Below are positions 16,105 to 25,930 of a DNA stretch of 39,823 nucleotides, in pieces. How positions within the stretch are numbered: position 1 is the first letter of the stretch; each line of letters begins with the position of its first letter. The translations under genes and the position numbers were made by a program. Source of the DNA: a virus. Lineage: Duplodnaviria; Caudoviricetes. The stretch is from the IMG/VR virus record IMGVR_UViG_3300024996_000021, positions 1 to 39,823 of that record, one strand, 5' to 3'. The notes under the pieces were generated by a model. That model was not told the origin of the DNA. It did not search any database and saw only the letters and a program-made list of their open reading frames with translations.

Positions 16105-16299
16105 TTAATAATTTTGATCCGGCTCGTTTTCCGGTGAGTTATGAATTATTGATGAAAGACGGTTTGTTTCTACTTCCCATTGATCGCCATCTTCATCCTC
16201 CACAATGCTGGTATATGAGCTTGCATATTGCAGAAAGACCACTTCACATTGAATGCTTGTGCCTTCGTCCATTACTATTATTTCACCGTCATAATACAT
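16105..16299 (-). CDS. Small acidic hypothetical protein
   Basis: 64 aa ORF fitting with 1-nt gaps between terminase and adaptor genes. Confidence 0.65.
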   Translation of the reverse strand: MYYDGEIIVMDEGTSIQCEVVFLQYASSYTSIVEDEDGDQWEVETNRLSSIIHNSPENEPDQNY

Positions 16300-16300
16300 C

Positions 16301-17869
16301 TCAATATCTTTTGCTGTTAGGTTTGCGTCGAAAGCATTGAATGCCGCCGGCAGCTTCAGTATCTATCTTATTTTTGATAATATGCACAGCGCCCTCCACG
16401 GCATCCGGTCCATCCATTACCCGGCTGTTTGCATGTGCGCTTTTAAATTGCGCTTCCAATCGCTTCATGTGCGGGTTTTCTTTTTCGTCCTCATTCAGAA
16501 TAAGCAATCCCAATCGGTTGAGCGGTTCCAGGGTTCCTTCTATTCTTACCCATTTGTCAGGCTTATCGCGGTCATCCGGCGATACAGGTAATACTGCATT
16601 TCTTTCTTTTCCTTTCTGGAAAATGAGCGGTAATAAAACCTGCTGGTAAAATGGGTCTTGAAGCGTGTTATTTTCTACATAAGTAAACGGCAATGCTTTT
16701 GCTTTTACCAGATCGTAACTGGTATAAAGCCAGTCAATGAAATTGGCATTAGTTGTATGTTCAACAAAAGCTTTATAAACGTAAAAACGCTGATCTTTAT
16801 AACCGACTGTGATGACAGCCTTGCAACTGTTTTGCGCCTTTGTCTTTACGGTTGGTTTATCCTTATTGGATGGAGAGGGATCGCCATAAATGATGATAAA
16901 TGGTAATTCTTTGAGTGGAGGACATTTTCCGTAAATCAATTCTTTGAACGTTTTGCCCTGGCTCATCGGATTGTTGAAATATTCCTTTTGACCACTTTCA
17001 TAACTGATTTTGCTGAGCATGTAGTCAATGTCGGGTTCGGGATTTTTTTCAGGCCATGTGGAGTTGCCATTGTCATCGCGAATATTGACAAGTTCAACAT
17101 CATCCGCATATTGAGCTGCACGCACTGCAATGCTGTCTTCAGCAATAATATTATTATCAACAAAAATGTAATAGATGTTACTAATGTCAACCGTCGGTAT
17201 AACCGCCTGCTCAAACCATTCCCAAACCTGCTGCAATCGTTCTGGATTGCGGCATACCTCATCATCATCCAGGTCATCAGCTATCACTACATTGATGCGC
17301 AGTTCTTCATTCTTGGATCCGCGTGGATTTTGTCCGGCACCCACGGCACGAAAGGTGCAATTTTTACGTGTGGTAAATTCACCGGCTTCCCATTTTCCCG
17401 CTTTTTCCTGAACGCCGTAATCATTTATAATACGTTGATTAGCCTCAAGGATGCCCTGGTACGTGTCTAAAAGCCTTACGGCATTATCGTTGCTCTTCGA
17501 TAAAAGCAATGCATTAACCCGCAGTTTTTTCACGAGCATGATGTACATGATTTCCATCATTCGGCGTGTACTCTTTGAAAGACCGCGTGCCCAGGCGCGA
17601 CGCTGATAAAATCTTTTATCTGCTTTCAGAATGCGTTGCGTACTTTTTTTCTGAAATGTTGCAGATTCTGCAAAACAAAATTTAGGAAAGTAATATTTGA
17701 ACCATTCTTCCGGATCCGCTTCAAGGTTTTTTATCCGTTTCTTTTTTTCTCCCTCATTTTCGTTCAAGTCAACCGGCGTGCTATTCCTGATGCTAAGGAG
17801 GAATTCTTCCCAATCCTCCATTGCATGTTTGTTTGACTTATTCGCTATGATCATTTTTACATTTCCCAT
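16301..17869 (-). CDS. Terminase large subunit
   Basis: WARGLSKST (Walker A), IADDLDD (Walker B), YGDPS and MDGPDAVEGA nuclease motifs. Confidence 0.9.
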   Translation of the reverse strand: MGNVKMIIANKSNKHAMEDWEEFLLSIRNSTPVDLNENEGEKKKRIKNLEADPEEWFKYYFPKFCFAESATFQKKSTQRILKADKRFYQRRAWARGLSKSTRRMMEIMYIMLVKKLRVNALLLSKSNDNAVRLLDTYQGILEANQRIINDYGVQEKAGKWEAGEFTTRKNCTFRAVGAGQNPRGSKNEELRINVVIADDLDDDEVCRNPERLQQVWEWFEQAVIPTVDISNIYYIFVDNNIIAEDSIAVRAAQYADDVELVNIRDDNGNSTWPEKNPEPDIDYMLSKISYESGQKEYFNNPMSQGKTFKELIYGKCPPLKELPFIIIYGDPSPSNKDKPTVKTKAQNSCKAVITVGYKDQRFYVYKAFVEHTTNANFIDWLYTSYDLVKAKALPFTYVENNTLQDPFYQQVLLPLIFQKGKERNAVLPVSPDDRDKPDKWVRIEGTLEPLNRLGLLILNEDEKENPHMKRLEAQFKSAHANSRVMDGPDAVEGAVHIIKNKIDTEAAGGIQCFRRKPNSKRY

Positions 17870-17872
17870 TTC

Positions 17873-18328
17873 TTAGCGTTTAATGCTTGTCTGTAAAAAC
17901 GAATTCCACAAGTCAGATACCTCTAACACCTGATCAATTGTGCCAACCTTCTGAAGATATTTTATGAAGCGTATTCCCGATTCTACCAGATCGGCGATAG
18001 CAAGATCGGTTTCGAGGTTGCGGATTGAAGCCGTCAATTTTATTTGTATATCCGCTTCTTTCGTATTGCCATAACGCTGACCTTCATTTTTCTTTCTGAT
18101 GGATGTATTGAGTTCTTCCATCTGTTCATAAAGATTGCTCAGTATCTGGTCTTTGCCGATCAGCAAACGATTCCGGAGATTTTTCCAGCCGAACGTATCA
18201 ACCCACCGGCTCATTGTCTTTTCAGAAACTCCAACGCGTTTTGCGACTACTTTTCCGGCAAGTTGCTCGCGGGTGTAGAGTATTTTGGCCAGATATTGTT
18301 TATCTGAGGTATTTCTTTTGTCTGCCAT
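17873..18328 (-). CDS. Terminase small subunit (N-terminal HTH)
   Basis: VAKRVGVSEKTMSRWV...W; directly upstream of the large subunit. Confidence 0.8.
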   Translation of the reverse strand: MADKRNTSDKQYLAKILYTREQLAGKVVAKRVGVSEKTMSRWVDTFGWKNLRNRLLIGKDQILSNLYEQMEELNTSIRKKNEGQRYGNTKEADIQIKLTASIRNLETDLAIADLVESGIRFIKYLQKVGTIDQVLEVSDLWNSFLQTSIKR

Positions 18329-18488
18329 ATCATACACAAAGATGGGCTACAGCGAAGCTGTTTGCATTTTGAAAAAACATGATACCACAAAAAGGAAAGT
18401 AAGCGATATCATTATGATAATAGTGATAAAATGCTGATTTGGTGAGGGTTTCGGGCTGCTGCACTTTTACATCAAATTCACGCAGCAC

Positions 18489-19472
18489 TTGGACAAACTC
18501 AAAAAGATAGACAAGGAATACCTGCTAACAGATAGCACGGTCAATAGCTACGGTTACCGGCTGCTCACTGACGGCTATCTCATGAGTGAATACGAAAAAA
18601 ATCCAATAGGTTACTACATGCATAAGAACCGGGATGCCGGTGTAGTTGTAAAATGGGAAGATTTTAGAAAGGAAGGTGATAAAGTGTTTGCCAAACCTGT
18701 TATCAACCTTTCGCACGAACGGGGCCAACGTACCGTGGATGAAATTGAATCCGGTTTTTTAAACGCTGCAAGTTTCGGGCATTTTGTTGTTTTAGAAATC
18801 AGCAGCAATCCGGAAGATTATTTAGAAGGTCAAACAGGACCAAGCGTGAGCAAATGGTTCAATCGCGAATGCAGCCTGGTGGATATACCAGGCAACTACA
18901 ATGCACTGACTGACTTGTTTGATGAAAATGAAAACCCGATCACATTAGAAAATCTGGCTGATCTGACGCCAAAATCAATCAATATGAAACAAATATTTTT
19001 TACCGCCGAGCAACTCGGCAAAATGAATTTGAAAGCAGATGCCGATCAGGCGTCAGTGGAAACCGCATTTGCAAACCTGATTGCGGAAGCCGCTAAAGTG
19101 CCAGGCCTGGAAACAGCCAGGCAAAAAGCTGTTGAGGACCTGAAAGCATTGCAGGACAAAACCACCGGAGATAAAATTGAAAGCCTTACAAAAACGGCTC
19201 TTGATGAAAAGAAGATCACCGCTGAGTTGGCCGCTCAGTTGAAGGCGGATTACTCAACAAATCCGGATGGGCTTGAAAAAGTATTGAAAGCTATTCCGGC
19301 TTATCAGCCCATTACCGGCCAGCTTATCGATGGTGAAAAATCGGATATGGCAAAGATGAGTTGGAGTGAGCTTGACAAACAAGGCAAACTGGAAGATTTG
19401 AAAGCGAAAAATCCGGTTCTTTTTAACGAAAAATACAAGGCCGAATTCGGGAAGGAGTATTCCGGCAAATGA
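18489..19472 (+). CDS. Prohead protease / scaffold
   Basis: NSYGYRL, NPIGYYMH, GFLNAAS, ECSLVDIPGN; precedes the capsid gene. Confidence 0.85.
   Translation: MDKLKKIDKEYLLTDSTVNSYGYRLLTDGYLMSEYEKNPIGYYMHKNRDAGVVVKWEDFRKEGDKVFAKPVINLSHERGQRTVDEIESGFLNAASFGHFVVLEISSNPEDYLEGQTGPSVSKWFNRECSLVDIPGNYNALTDLFDENENPITLENLADLTPKSINMKQIFFTAEQLGKMNLKADADQASVETAFANLIAEAAKVPGLETARQKAVEDLKALQDKTTGDKIESLTKTALDEKKITAELAAQLKADYSTNPDGLEKVLKAIPAYQPITGQLIDGEKSDMAKMSWSELDKQGKLEDLKAKNPVLFNEKYKAEFGKEYSGK
18984..19472 (+). CDS. Probable nested in-frame scaffold protein (Mu gpZ-like)
   Basis: Internal ATG after AAAATCAATCAAT, followed by an Ala/Lys/Glu-rich helical region. Confidence 0.55.
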   Translation: MKQIFFTAEQLGKMNLKADADQASVETAFANLIAEAAKVPGLETARQKAVEDLKALQDKTTGDKIESLTKTALDEKKITAELAAQLKADYSTNPDGLEKVLKAIPAYQPITGQLIDGEKSDMAKMSWSELDKQGKLEDLKAKNPVLFNEKYKAEFGKEYSGK

Positions 19473-19504
19473 TCAATTTAAAAAACTTTTAAAAGCAATA
19501 TAAA

Positions 19505-20449
19505 ATGGCTCTTCAAAAAGAAATCTGGCAAAAGGACATCGTTGATAACCTTTTCAAAAATAACGAATTTGCATTACGCGCATTCAATGCCGATCAGTTC
19601 GTGCTCCAAGGCAAGGTGGTTCACATTCCAACGGCTGGTACACCTGTTGAGGTGAAAAAGAATCTGAGTTATTTTCCGCAGGCCGCAACGGAAAGAAGTG
19701 ATAATGAAATAACTTATGCAATTGACACCTATTATGCACTCCCTCGCAGGGTTGCTCAGATTGACAAGTACGAGCTTTCGTACGACAAACGGCAAAGCGT
19801 AGTGGGTGAAGATGAAAAAAATCTTATACAAACGGCCATGAATGGTCTTTTGTTTCGTTGGGCTCCGGGTTATAGTATTAACGCCGGCATGCCGAAGAAT
19901 ATCATTCTTACCACTGGCGCTGACAGCGGCGTTGATCTGATTGACAGCACGGCAACAGGAACCCGCAAGATGTTCACCAAAGACGCCATCAAAACCTTCG
20001 CCAAGAAGATTGCGGCAACCGACCTGAACGGAAGGGCCAACGCATTGTTAACAGCATTCCACTATCATCAGTTTTTTGAAAGCCTCTCCGACGCGGAGAA
20101 AACGAACTTCAACAACGTGGCCAATTTGAAAGAAGGCGTAATCGGTCGCTACATGGGCGTTGACATCCTGATGCGTAGCAGTGTTTTGCGATATCGCGGC
20201 GCTGACCTGGCCACTATGGCTGTTGTTGACGAACAAGATGCAGCTTTTGCGCCCGCCACCACGGACCGTGCAGCTTCCCTCTTCTGGGTTGACAGCGCCG
20301 TGGAACGTGCAAAAGGTGATGTGGAAGTATTTGACAATCCTGGAGAGGCGCTCTATTACGGTGATGTGTTCTCAGCATTAATGAGATTGGGTGGCCGTGT
20401 TCGCCGTGCATCCGGGGTTTGGGTGGCTGTAGAAGACCTTGGCCTTTAA
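19505..20449 (+). CDS. Major capsid protein
   Basis: ALQKEIW, VHIP, ELSYDKRQSV, ALYYGDVFS; follows the protease. Confidence 0.85.
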   Translation: MALQKEIWQKDIVDNLFKNNEFALRAFNADQFVLQGKVVHIPTAGTPVEVKKNLSYFPQAATERSDNEITYAIDTYYALPRRVAQIDKYELSYDKRQSVVGEDEKNLIQTAMNGLLFRWAPGYSINAGMPKNIILTTGADSGVDLIDSTATGTRKMFTKDAIKTFAKKIAATDLNGRANALLTAFHYHQFFESLSDAEKTNFNNVANLKEGVIGRYMGVDILMRSSVLRYRGADLATMAVVDEQDAAFAPATTDRAASLFWVDSAVERAKGDVEVFDNPGEALYYGDVFSALMRLGGRVRRASGVWVAVEDLGL

Positions 20450-20466
20450 TAATAAATTGACTTGAC

Positions 20467-20934
20467 ATGGAACCATCCCGTAATTGTATTGAGTTCATCA
20501 AAAAGGAAGAAAGCCTGATGCTTACCAGTTACCAGGACACTGCCGGTGTTTGGACAATAGGTTGGGGAAGTACAATGTACAAGTCTGGTATCAGAGTAAC
20601 AAGAGGCGAAAAGATCACCCGTGAGCAGGCAGATGATTTGCTCGTGTGGGAAATAAAAAATAAATCTATTGCGGTGAGTGCAGCATTACACAATGTTGCA
20701 CTCAACCAAAATCAATATGATGCGTTGGTGTCGTTTACATACAATGTGGGAGTTGGAGGATTTGTAAATAGCACACTTGTAAAAATCGTAAAGAAAAACC
20801 CATGCGATCCGTATATCCGAGAGTGCTTTGCCATGTGGAATAAAATTACTGTCAATGGAAAGAAGGTGGTAAGCAAAGGATTGACGAATCGCAGGCAACG
20901 TGAATCAGATTTATATTTTTCACCAAAAATTTAA
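20467..20934 (+). CDS. Endolysin, GH24 phage lysozyme
   Basis: E-x8-D-x5-T (EE...YQDTAGVWTIGWG), QYDALVSFTYNVG, GLTNRRQRE. Confidence 0.92.
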   Translation: MEPSRNCIEFIKKEESLMLTSYQDTAGVWTIGWGSTMYKSGIRVTRGEKITREQADDLLVWEIKNKSIAVSAALHNVALNQNQYDALVSFTYNVGVGGFVNSTLVKIVKKNPCDPYIRECFAMWNKITVNGKKVVSKGLTNRRQRESDLYFSPKI

Positions 20935-20939
20935 GAAAT

Positions 20940-21215
20940 ATGCAAAACGAAAAAGTAACAAAATTCTTTGAAAGCCATCCGGCTATTGATGAAGTTCATG
21001 AAGCGCTTGGTGTATTGTTTATTGAAAAAAAAGATGCGGAAGCATATCTGGGCGGTGTATCCGGATATGAAATGCTGACACACACCAGGGAAAAAGAAGC
21101 CACTACAGATCCTGACGCAATGGCAAAGCAACAGCAAAAGGATATTGAATCTGCTTTAGCGTTGGCGCCAGAATCATTGGATGAAAATGCACCAAAAAAG
21201 GGAAGAAAAAAATAA
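20940..21215 (+). CDS. Hypothetical protein
   Basis: 91 aa ORF in the late operon. Confidence 0.75.
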   Translation: MQNEKVTKFFESHPAIDEVHEALGVLFIEKKDAEAYLGGVSGYEMLTHTREKEATTDPDAMAKQQQKDIESALALAPESLDENAPKKGRKK

Positions 21216-21236
21216 TTAAACCCGAGATAAGCAACA

Positions 21237-21272
21237 AAAGCGTATCCGGAAGGAAACGGACGGATGCGCTTT
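21237..21272 (+). terminator. Hairpin between head/lysin and tail genes
   Basis: AAAGCGTATCCG-N12-CGGATGCGCTTT. Confidence 0.5.
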
Positions 21273-21290
21273 GATAAAAAATTAAAAAAA

Positions 21291-22436
21291 ATGTTACCAC
21301 ACGTATCTGTAATTTATACAAACGGCAATTTACTGGCTGATGTATCTGTAATTGATGGCATTGGCGGATTGTGCGTTACAGCTAACACACCGGGTCTTAT
21401 AGGTAAGGTTGATGTGATTTATAATCTACAGGATGCTATAGCAGCGGGTTATACCGAAATAGCAGAATCTTTTGCTTACCGTCAGATCAAAGAATTCTAT
21501 GACGAAGTGGGTGGTAATCAGAAATTATACGTGATGGGCACTGCGGAAACCATGGCCATGGCGGACGCCCTGGATAATACCGATGAAACCGGTGCAAAGA
21601 AGTTGGTAAAGGCTGCCAATGGCGAAGTGCGTTTGCTGGGCATTTGTCGCAAACCGTCGGCCGGCTATGTGGGCGGCGTCAATTATTTTGATACGGATGT
21701 GGACGCCGCTTTGATCGCCGCCAATACATTTTGCCAGGCAAGGCTTGCGGAATTGGTGCCTTTGCGAATCCTAATAGAAGGCCGACTGGCCGATGAGACA
21801 AAACCAATTCTTACAGATCCAAAAGATGCCTCTGCCGGGGGAGTCGGCGTGGTATTGGGAGGCAGTATTAATGATGGCTCCGCGTCCGTGGGCACAGCGC
21901 TTGGGCGGGCTGTCAAATATCCGGCGCACATAAAAGTAGGCAAAGTAGCCAACGGGCCTCTGGCGATACAGAATGTATATATCGGCAGCAAGCAACTTAA
22001 AGATATACCCGGTTTGGCGGCGCTTCATGATGCAGGATGTATTTCATTCTTGCAGCATCCGAACAAAGCGGGATATTATTTCGGCATTGATCACATGGCA
22101 AGTATTGATGATTACAGGTTGCTGGTGTATGGCCGTGTCATTGACAAGGCTGCAATTATTGCCAGCGCGGTATATGTGGAAGAATTGGAAGGTGAGGTTT
22201 CGGTAGATGCATCCGGACGAATGAGTGAAATAGATATTGAGCACCTGAAGGGTACGCTCACTCAGCAGATCAACGCGACCATGGCAGATCAGATCAGTGG
22301 ATTGAAAGTGATTATTGATCCCGTCCAGGATATTATAAGTACCGGAAAGTTGACCGTGCAGGTGCAGATAAGACCGCTGGGATATAAATCATTTATTGAA
22401 GTGCAGTTGGGCCTGAGTGCACCGGCTGCCGTATAA
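21291..22436 (+). CDS. Tail sheath protein (DUF2586-like)
   Basis: LPHVSV, GRVIDKAA, VQIRPLGY; precedes the tube gene. Confidence 0.85.
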   Translation: MLPHVSVIYTNGNLLADVSVIDGIGGLCVTANTPGLIGKVDVIYNLQDAIAAGYTEIAESFAYRQIKEFYDEVGGNQKLYVMGTAETMAMADALDNTDETGAKKLVKAANGEVRLLGICRKPSAGYVGGVNYFDTDVDAALIAANTFCQARLAELVPLRILIEGRLADETKPILTDPKDASAGGVGVVLGGSINDGSASVGTALGRAVKYPAHIKVGKVANGPLAIQNVYIGSKQLKDIPGLAALHDAGCISFLQHPNKAGYYFGIDHMASIDDYRLLVYGRVIDKAAIIASAVYVEELEGEVSVDASGRMSEIDIEHLKGTLTQQINATMADQISGLKVIIDPVQDIISTGKLTVQVQIRPLGYKSFIEVQLGLSAPAAV

Positions 22437-22457
22437 ACTAATTAAAAGACAACCAAC

Positions 22458-22898
22458 ATGGGATTTACTTCAAAAGAATGCGCCTGGTCGCAAACATCAA
22501 TGAAAGTTTTAAAAAGAACTGTCATCGGTACCCGCGGATGGTCATTCAAATATGGCATTGATAAAGAATTGCTGTACGCCGCCGGGCCGACGCCAATTGA
22601 CATACAGAGCGGCAATGAAAAGCCGGAAGGCTCCATTAAAATACTGAAGTATGAACTGGACATGCTGGAAGACGCCTCGCAACTTGCGGGCTATAAAAGC
22701 ATATTGCACGTCCCACATCAACTCATACTGATTACCTGTGCTTTTAAAAAATTGCCGACGGATCCAATCAGAATTATTGAGGCCGCCGGCGTTGGATTGC
22801 TGGAATGGGAAGTAGCACAGGATCAGAATGCAAAATTTACAGAGGTGACCATTCCTTTTATCGCGATAGATATTACCGCACGAAAGGGCGGTGTTTGA
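22458..22898 (+). CDS. Tail tube protein
   Basis: ECAWS, KELLYAAG..PIDIQSGN..EGSI. Confidence 0.8.
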   Translation: MGFTSKECAWSQTSMKVLKRTVIGTRGWSFKYGIDKELLYAAGPTPIDIQSGNEKPEGSIKILKYELDMLEDASQLAGYKSILHVPHQLILITCAFKKLPTDPIRIIEAAGVGLLEWEVAQDQNAKFTEVTIPFIAIDITARKGGV

Positions 22899-22917
22899 TA
22901 TTATTAAAACAACAACG

Positions 22918-23337
22918 ATGATACGAAACGATGACACAAAAGGCACATCCATCAAAGCGATACGCGGCCGGGAAAAACAACAAAAAGAACAGGAGCTGCG
23001 TGAAAAATGCATTGCCCTGGCAAATGAGCGTTACGGTCAGGAAGATGTGGTGAAGATGAGCAACGCCAACAAAGGCATTTTCTTCTTACCGGTAATGGAT
23101 GAAGACGGCAATATAGAAAAAATGGCTTTGATGAAACCAATTGACAGAAACATCCTGTCGTATGCCAGCACAAAAATTTCTGACGAAGGATTATATGCGT
23201 TTTTAGAAGCCGCAATGCGTGAATGCTTCATCACAGGCGATAAAGAAATTTTGGATGATGATGAATACTTTATTCCGGCTGCCAACAGCTTTAATAAAAT
23301 ATTGGAAGGCAAAAAGGCGAGCCTGCTAAAAAGATAA
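22918..23337 (+). CDS. Tail assembly chaperone
   Basis: Between tube and tape measure; GDKEILDDDEYF. Confidence 0.75.
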   Translation: MIRNDDTKGTSIKAIRGREKQQKEQELREKCIALANERYGQEDVVKMSNANKGIFFLPVMDEDGNIEKMALMKPIDRNILSYASTKISDEGLYAFLEAAMRECFITGDKEILDDDEYFIPAANSFNKILEGKKASLLKR

Positions 23338-23519
23338 AAGAAGCATACGAAAAGACCGATATCAGCAGTATTGGTTTTTTTGAGACGATGCTGATGAAAT
23401 ACCTGCCAGGTCTTGATGCTTCTAAAATCAGCGATTCTGAATTTATAATGCGCGTTGCGCACCTTCAGCGGATCCGGGAGATGGAGAAAGCTGAGCTGAT
23501 TAAAAAACTGATGCGATGA
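23328..23519 (+). CDS. -1 frameshift extension of the tail assembly chaperone (gpGT-like)
   Basis: Open -1 frame KIKEAYEKTD...LIKKLMR fills the gap; its TGA overlaps the tape-measure ATG. Confidence 0.65.
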   Translation, partial: KKIKEAYEKTDISSIGFFETMLMKYLPGLDASKISDSEFIMRVAHLQRIREMEKAELIKKLMR

Positions 23520-25282
23520 CCAGCCAAGTAGTTGAGTTTTATGTGAAGATGAAAGACCTGATGAGTGGCGGGCTGACTAAAATTGCGCAGACATCCCAAC
23601 AAACATTTGCAAAAGTAAAAAGCGATATTTCAGAGGCGGCGGTAAGGTCTAAATTTATGGCCAATTCAATTGACGAATTGCGCTACAAACTGGAACAGGT
23701 TAACAAGGTGCGGTTTGGCACCGTTATGAAATCTGAATTCCGAGAAGCCGGGCGGGAGGCGCAACGGTTGGAACTACAAATAGAACGACTTGAAAATAAG
23801 GGCCGTAGGCGTGGCATGAGCGGCGGAATACTTGGCAGTTACCTGGGCACGGCGGCTATTGCGATGGGAATTGGTGCGCTCAGCATGGGTAGCGTAAACG
23901 CAGCCGCAAACTTTGGCGCGACGAAAACAAGTTTTGGCGTACTCACTGGTAGCACACAGACAGGCGACGCACTGGCTGGCATTCTAAATAAATTACAACA
24001 GGATACGATCCTCGGACCCGAGGTATTCAAAGCTGCGCAAACCATGATGGGCTTTGGCGTAGCCACAAAAGATGTAGAAGGGAGCATCAAACGATTGGGA
24101 GATATATCAATGGGTGATACCGACAAATTCAACGGGTTGACCCTTGCCTTATCCAATACGGCGGCAGCCGGCCGATTGATGGGTCAGGACTTATTGCAAT
24201 ACATCAATGCAGGCTACAACCCGCTTAGTACGATGAGTGAGCATTGGAAAGAATTTGGGTTTACAACCAAAAAGACCGTTGGCGATCTGAAGAATGATAT
24301 GGAAAAAGGATTAATCACCTACGATATGGTGGTTAAGGCAACGGAGATAGCAACGAGCGCCGGCGGTAAATATTTTGACATGATGAATAAAATGTCAAAG
24401 ACCACCTTCGGACGCATGAAGATATTGGAAGGAGCCTGGGAGAATTTTAAAATAAAAACCGGAGAGGCGTTGATACCATTGGCCGAAATGTTTATGAAGG
24501 TTGCGAATTTCCTTTTGGAACATAAAGGATTGATATATGGAGCAATTGCGGCATGGGGTACTTATAAAATAGTTTCGTTCGCTGCATTGAATCTCACAGC
24601 AACGGCATCAACAGCGGCACTTGGTCCATTGGGCTTAGTGGCGTTGGCCGTTGGTGCAATTGCATTTGCCTGGAACCAGGCAGAAGAAGCCAGGGCCGCA
24701 TATGAGAAGATGAAATCGGAAAACTCGGCCAAAGTTTACGATCAGGAGAAAAAATCAATGGCCGCGGAAGTTGCAAAAATGATGGCGCAAAAAGGCGTTA
24801 ATGCATCGGAAACGAAAAAGGTGGAAGAAATTGTGAACCGTGTGAAAGAACTGCATTTAGAAAATGTAAATACCGGTTTACGTCAAAGTGGATTTGAATT
24901 ACAAAAATATAATCGCGCCGTTGCGGGTGTTCCGGTGGGATTTATCCCGGAAGCGATGCGGAACAAGATGATTAATCTTCAAAACATCAACAGAAATTAT
25001 CAGGATGCGCATAGGGCGATTACTGATTTCACTGCCGCAGATATAGCTGCCGCCGGCGCAGGTGCAACGCCTCCGATTGACGGGACAAATAAGGATGGAA
25101 ATAAAACGGCCACAGGCATTACCGGTGGAGGACCGCGGGTCATCAATATCACGATAGGTAAAATGGTAGAAAGTTTAGAAATACACGCTGCATCCGTAAC
25201 ACAAGGATTGGATGATATGGAACGCAGGGTGGAAGAACATTTTTTAAGAATATTAAATAGCGGCGCAGCCGTGCAGAATTAA
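23516..25282 (+). CDS. Tape measure protein
   Basis: LGDISMG, GRLMGQDLLQYINAGYNPL tape-measure domain; Ala/Gly-rich. Confidence 0.9.
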   Translation: MTSQVVEFYVKMKDLMSGGLTKIAQTSQQTFAKVKSDISEAAVRSKFMANSIDELRYKLEQVNKVRFGTVMKSEFREAGREAQRLELQIERLENKGRRRGMSGGILGSYLGTAAIAMGIGALSMGSVNAAANFGATKTSFGVLTGSTQTGDALAGILNKLQQDTILGPEVFKAAQTMMGFGVATKDVEGSIKRLGDISMGDTDKFNGLTLALSNTAAAGRLMGQDLLQYINAGYNPLSTMSEHWKEFGFTTKKTVGDLKNDMEKGLITYDMVVKATEIATSAGGKYFDMMNKMSKTTFGRMKILEGAWENFKIKTGEALIPLAEMFMKVANFLLEHKGLIYGAIAAWGTYKIVSFAALNLTATASTAALGPLGLVALAVGAIAFAWNQAEEARAAYEKMKSENSAKVYDQEKKSMAAEVAKMMAQKGVNASETKKVEEIVNRVKELHLENVNTGLRQSGFELQKYNRAVAGVPVGFIPEAMRNKMINLQNINRNYQDAHRAITDFTAADIAAAGAGATPPIDGTNKDGNKTATGITGGGPRVINITIGKMVESLEIHAASVTQGLDDMERRVEEHFLRILNSGAAVQN

Positions 25283-25929
25283 TGGCATCACCAGGCGAAA
25301 TAATAAATTTAGGCGATCTCTTTGAACGCTCATTCGGCAGCCGGCCGTACGTGGTTACAAAGGACGGTGATCTGAGTAATAGTGAAGGGCCACTATACCG
25401 GGTTGACAGGCCGCAGGCAGTAAATTACTATGGAGAACTTTCAACACCAAAGGGCAGCCGTATTGCCCAAATGTATAAAGGTGTGCAGATATGGTTGCCA
25501 ACAACCCTATATCTGGCTACGCTTCCAATGACTTATCTGCCATACAGTGTTGTCAAAATCAGCGGAAAGAAAACAATCATCAGGACACCATTGCCCGAAA
25601 GGGTGGGTACGGTGAAAGAGCAATATAACATTGATGATTATTCCATAACGCTGAAAGGATTTTTGATCGGCGATAAACTGGGTGCAGGGGGATTCCCGGA
25701 GGAGGAACTGGATAATTTGAAAAGATTATACGAAGCAAAGTCGCCGGTAACGATCGACAATGCTTTGACAAATATTTTTTTGACGAATAAGGAGGTTGGT
25801 TTTTTTGAGCAAAGAAGAGTGGTAATTACCCGGCTGGAACTGCCGGAAGTGCAGGGAGGCAGAAAGAACATCAGGCCCTTTGTGTTGGAAATGGAAAGTG
25901 ATAGTGTATTCACGCTTGAATTGAAATGA
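25282..25929 (+). CDS. Tail/baseplate protein (DUF6046-like)
   Basis: KTIIRT...GTVKEQYNIDDYSITLKG. Confidence 0.7.
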   Translation: MASPGEIINLGDLFERSFGSRPYVVTKDGDLSNSEGPLYRVDRPQAVNYYGELSTPKGSRIAQMYKGVQIWLPTTLYLATLPMTYLPYSVVKISGKKTIIRTPLPERVGTVKEQYNIDDYSITLKGFLIGDKLGAGGFPEEELDNLKRLYEAKSPVTIDNALTNIFLTNKEVGFFEQRRVVITRLELPEVQGGRKNIRPFVLEMESDSVFTLELK

Positions 25930-25930
25930 A

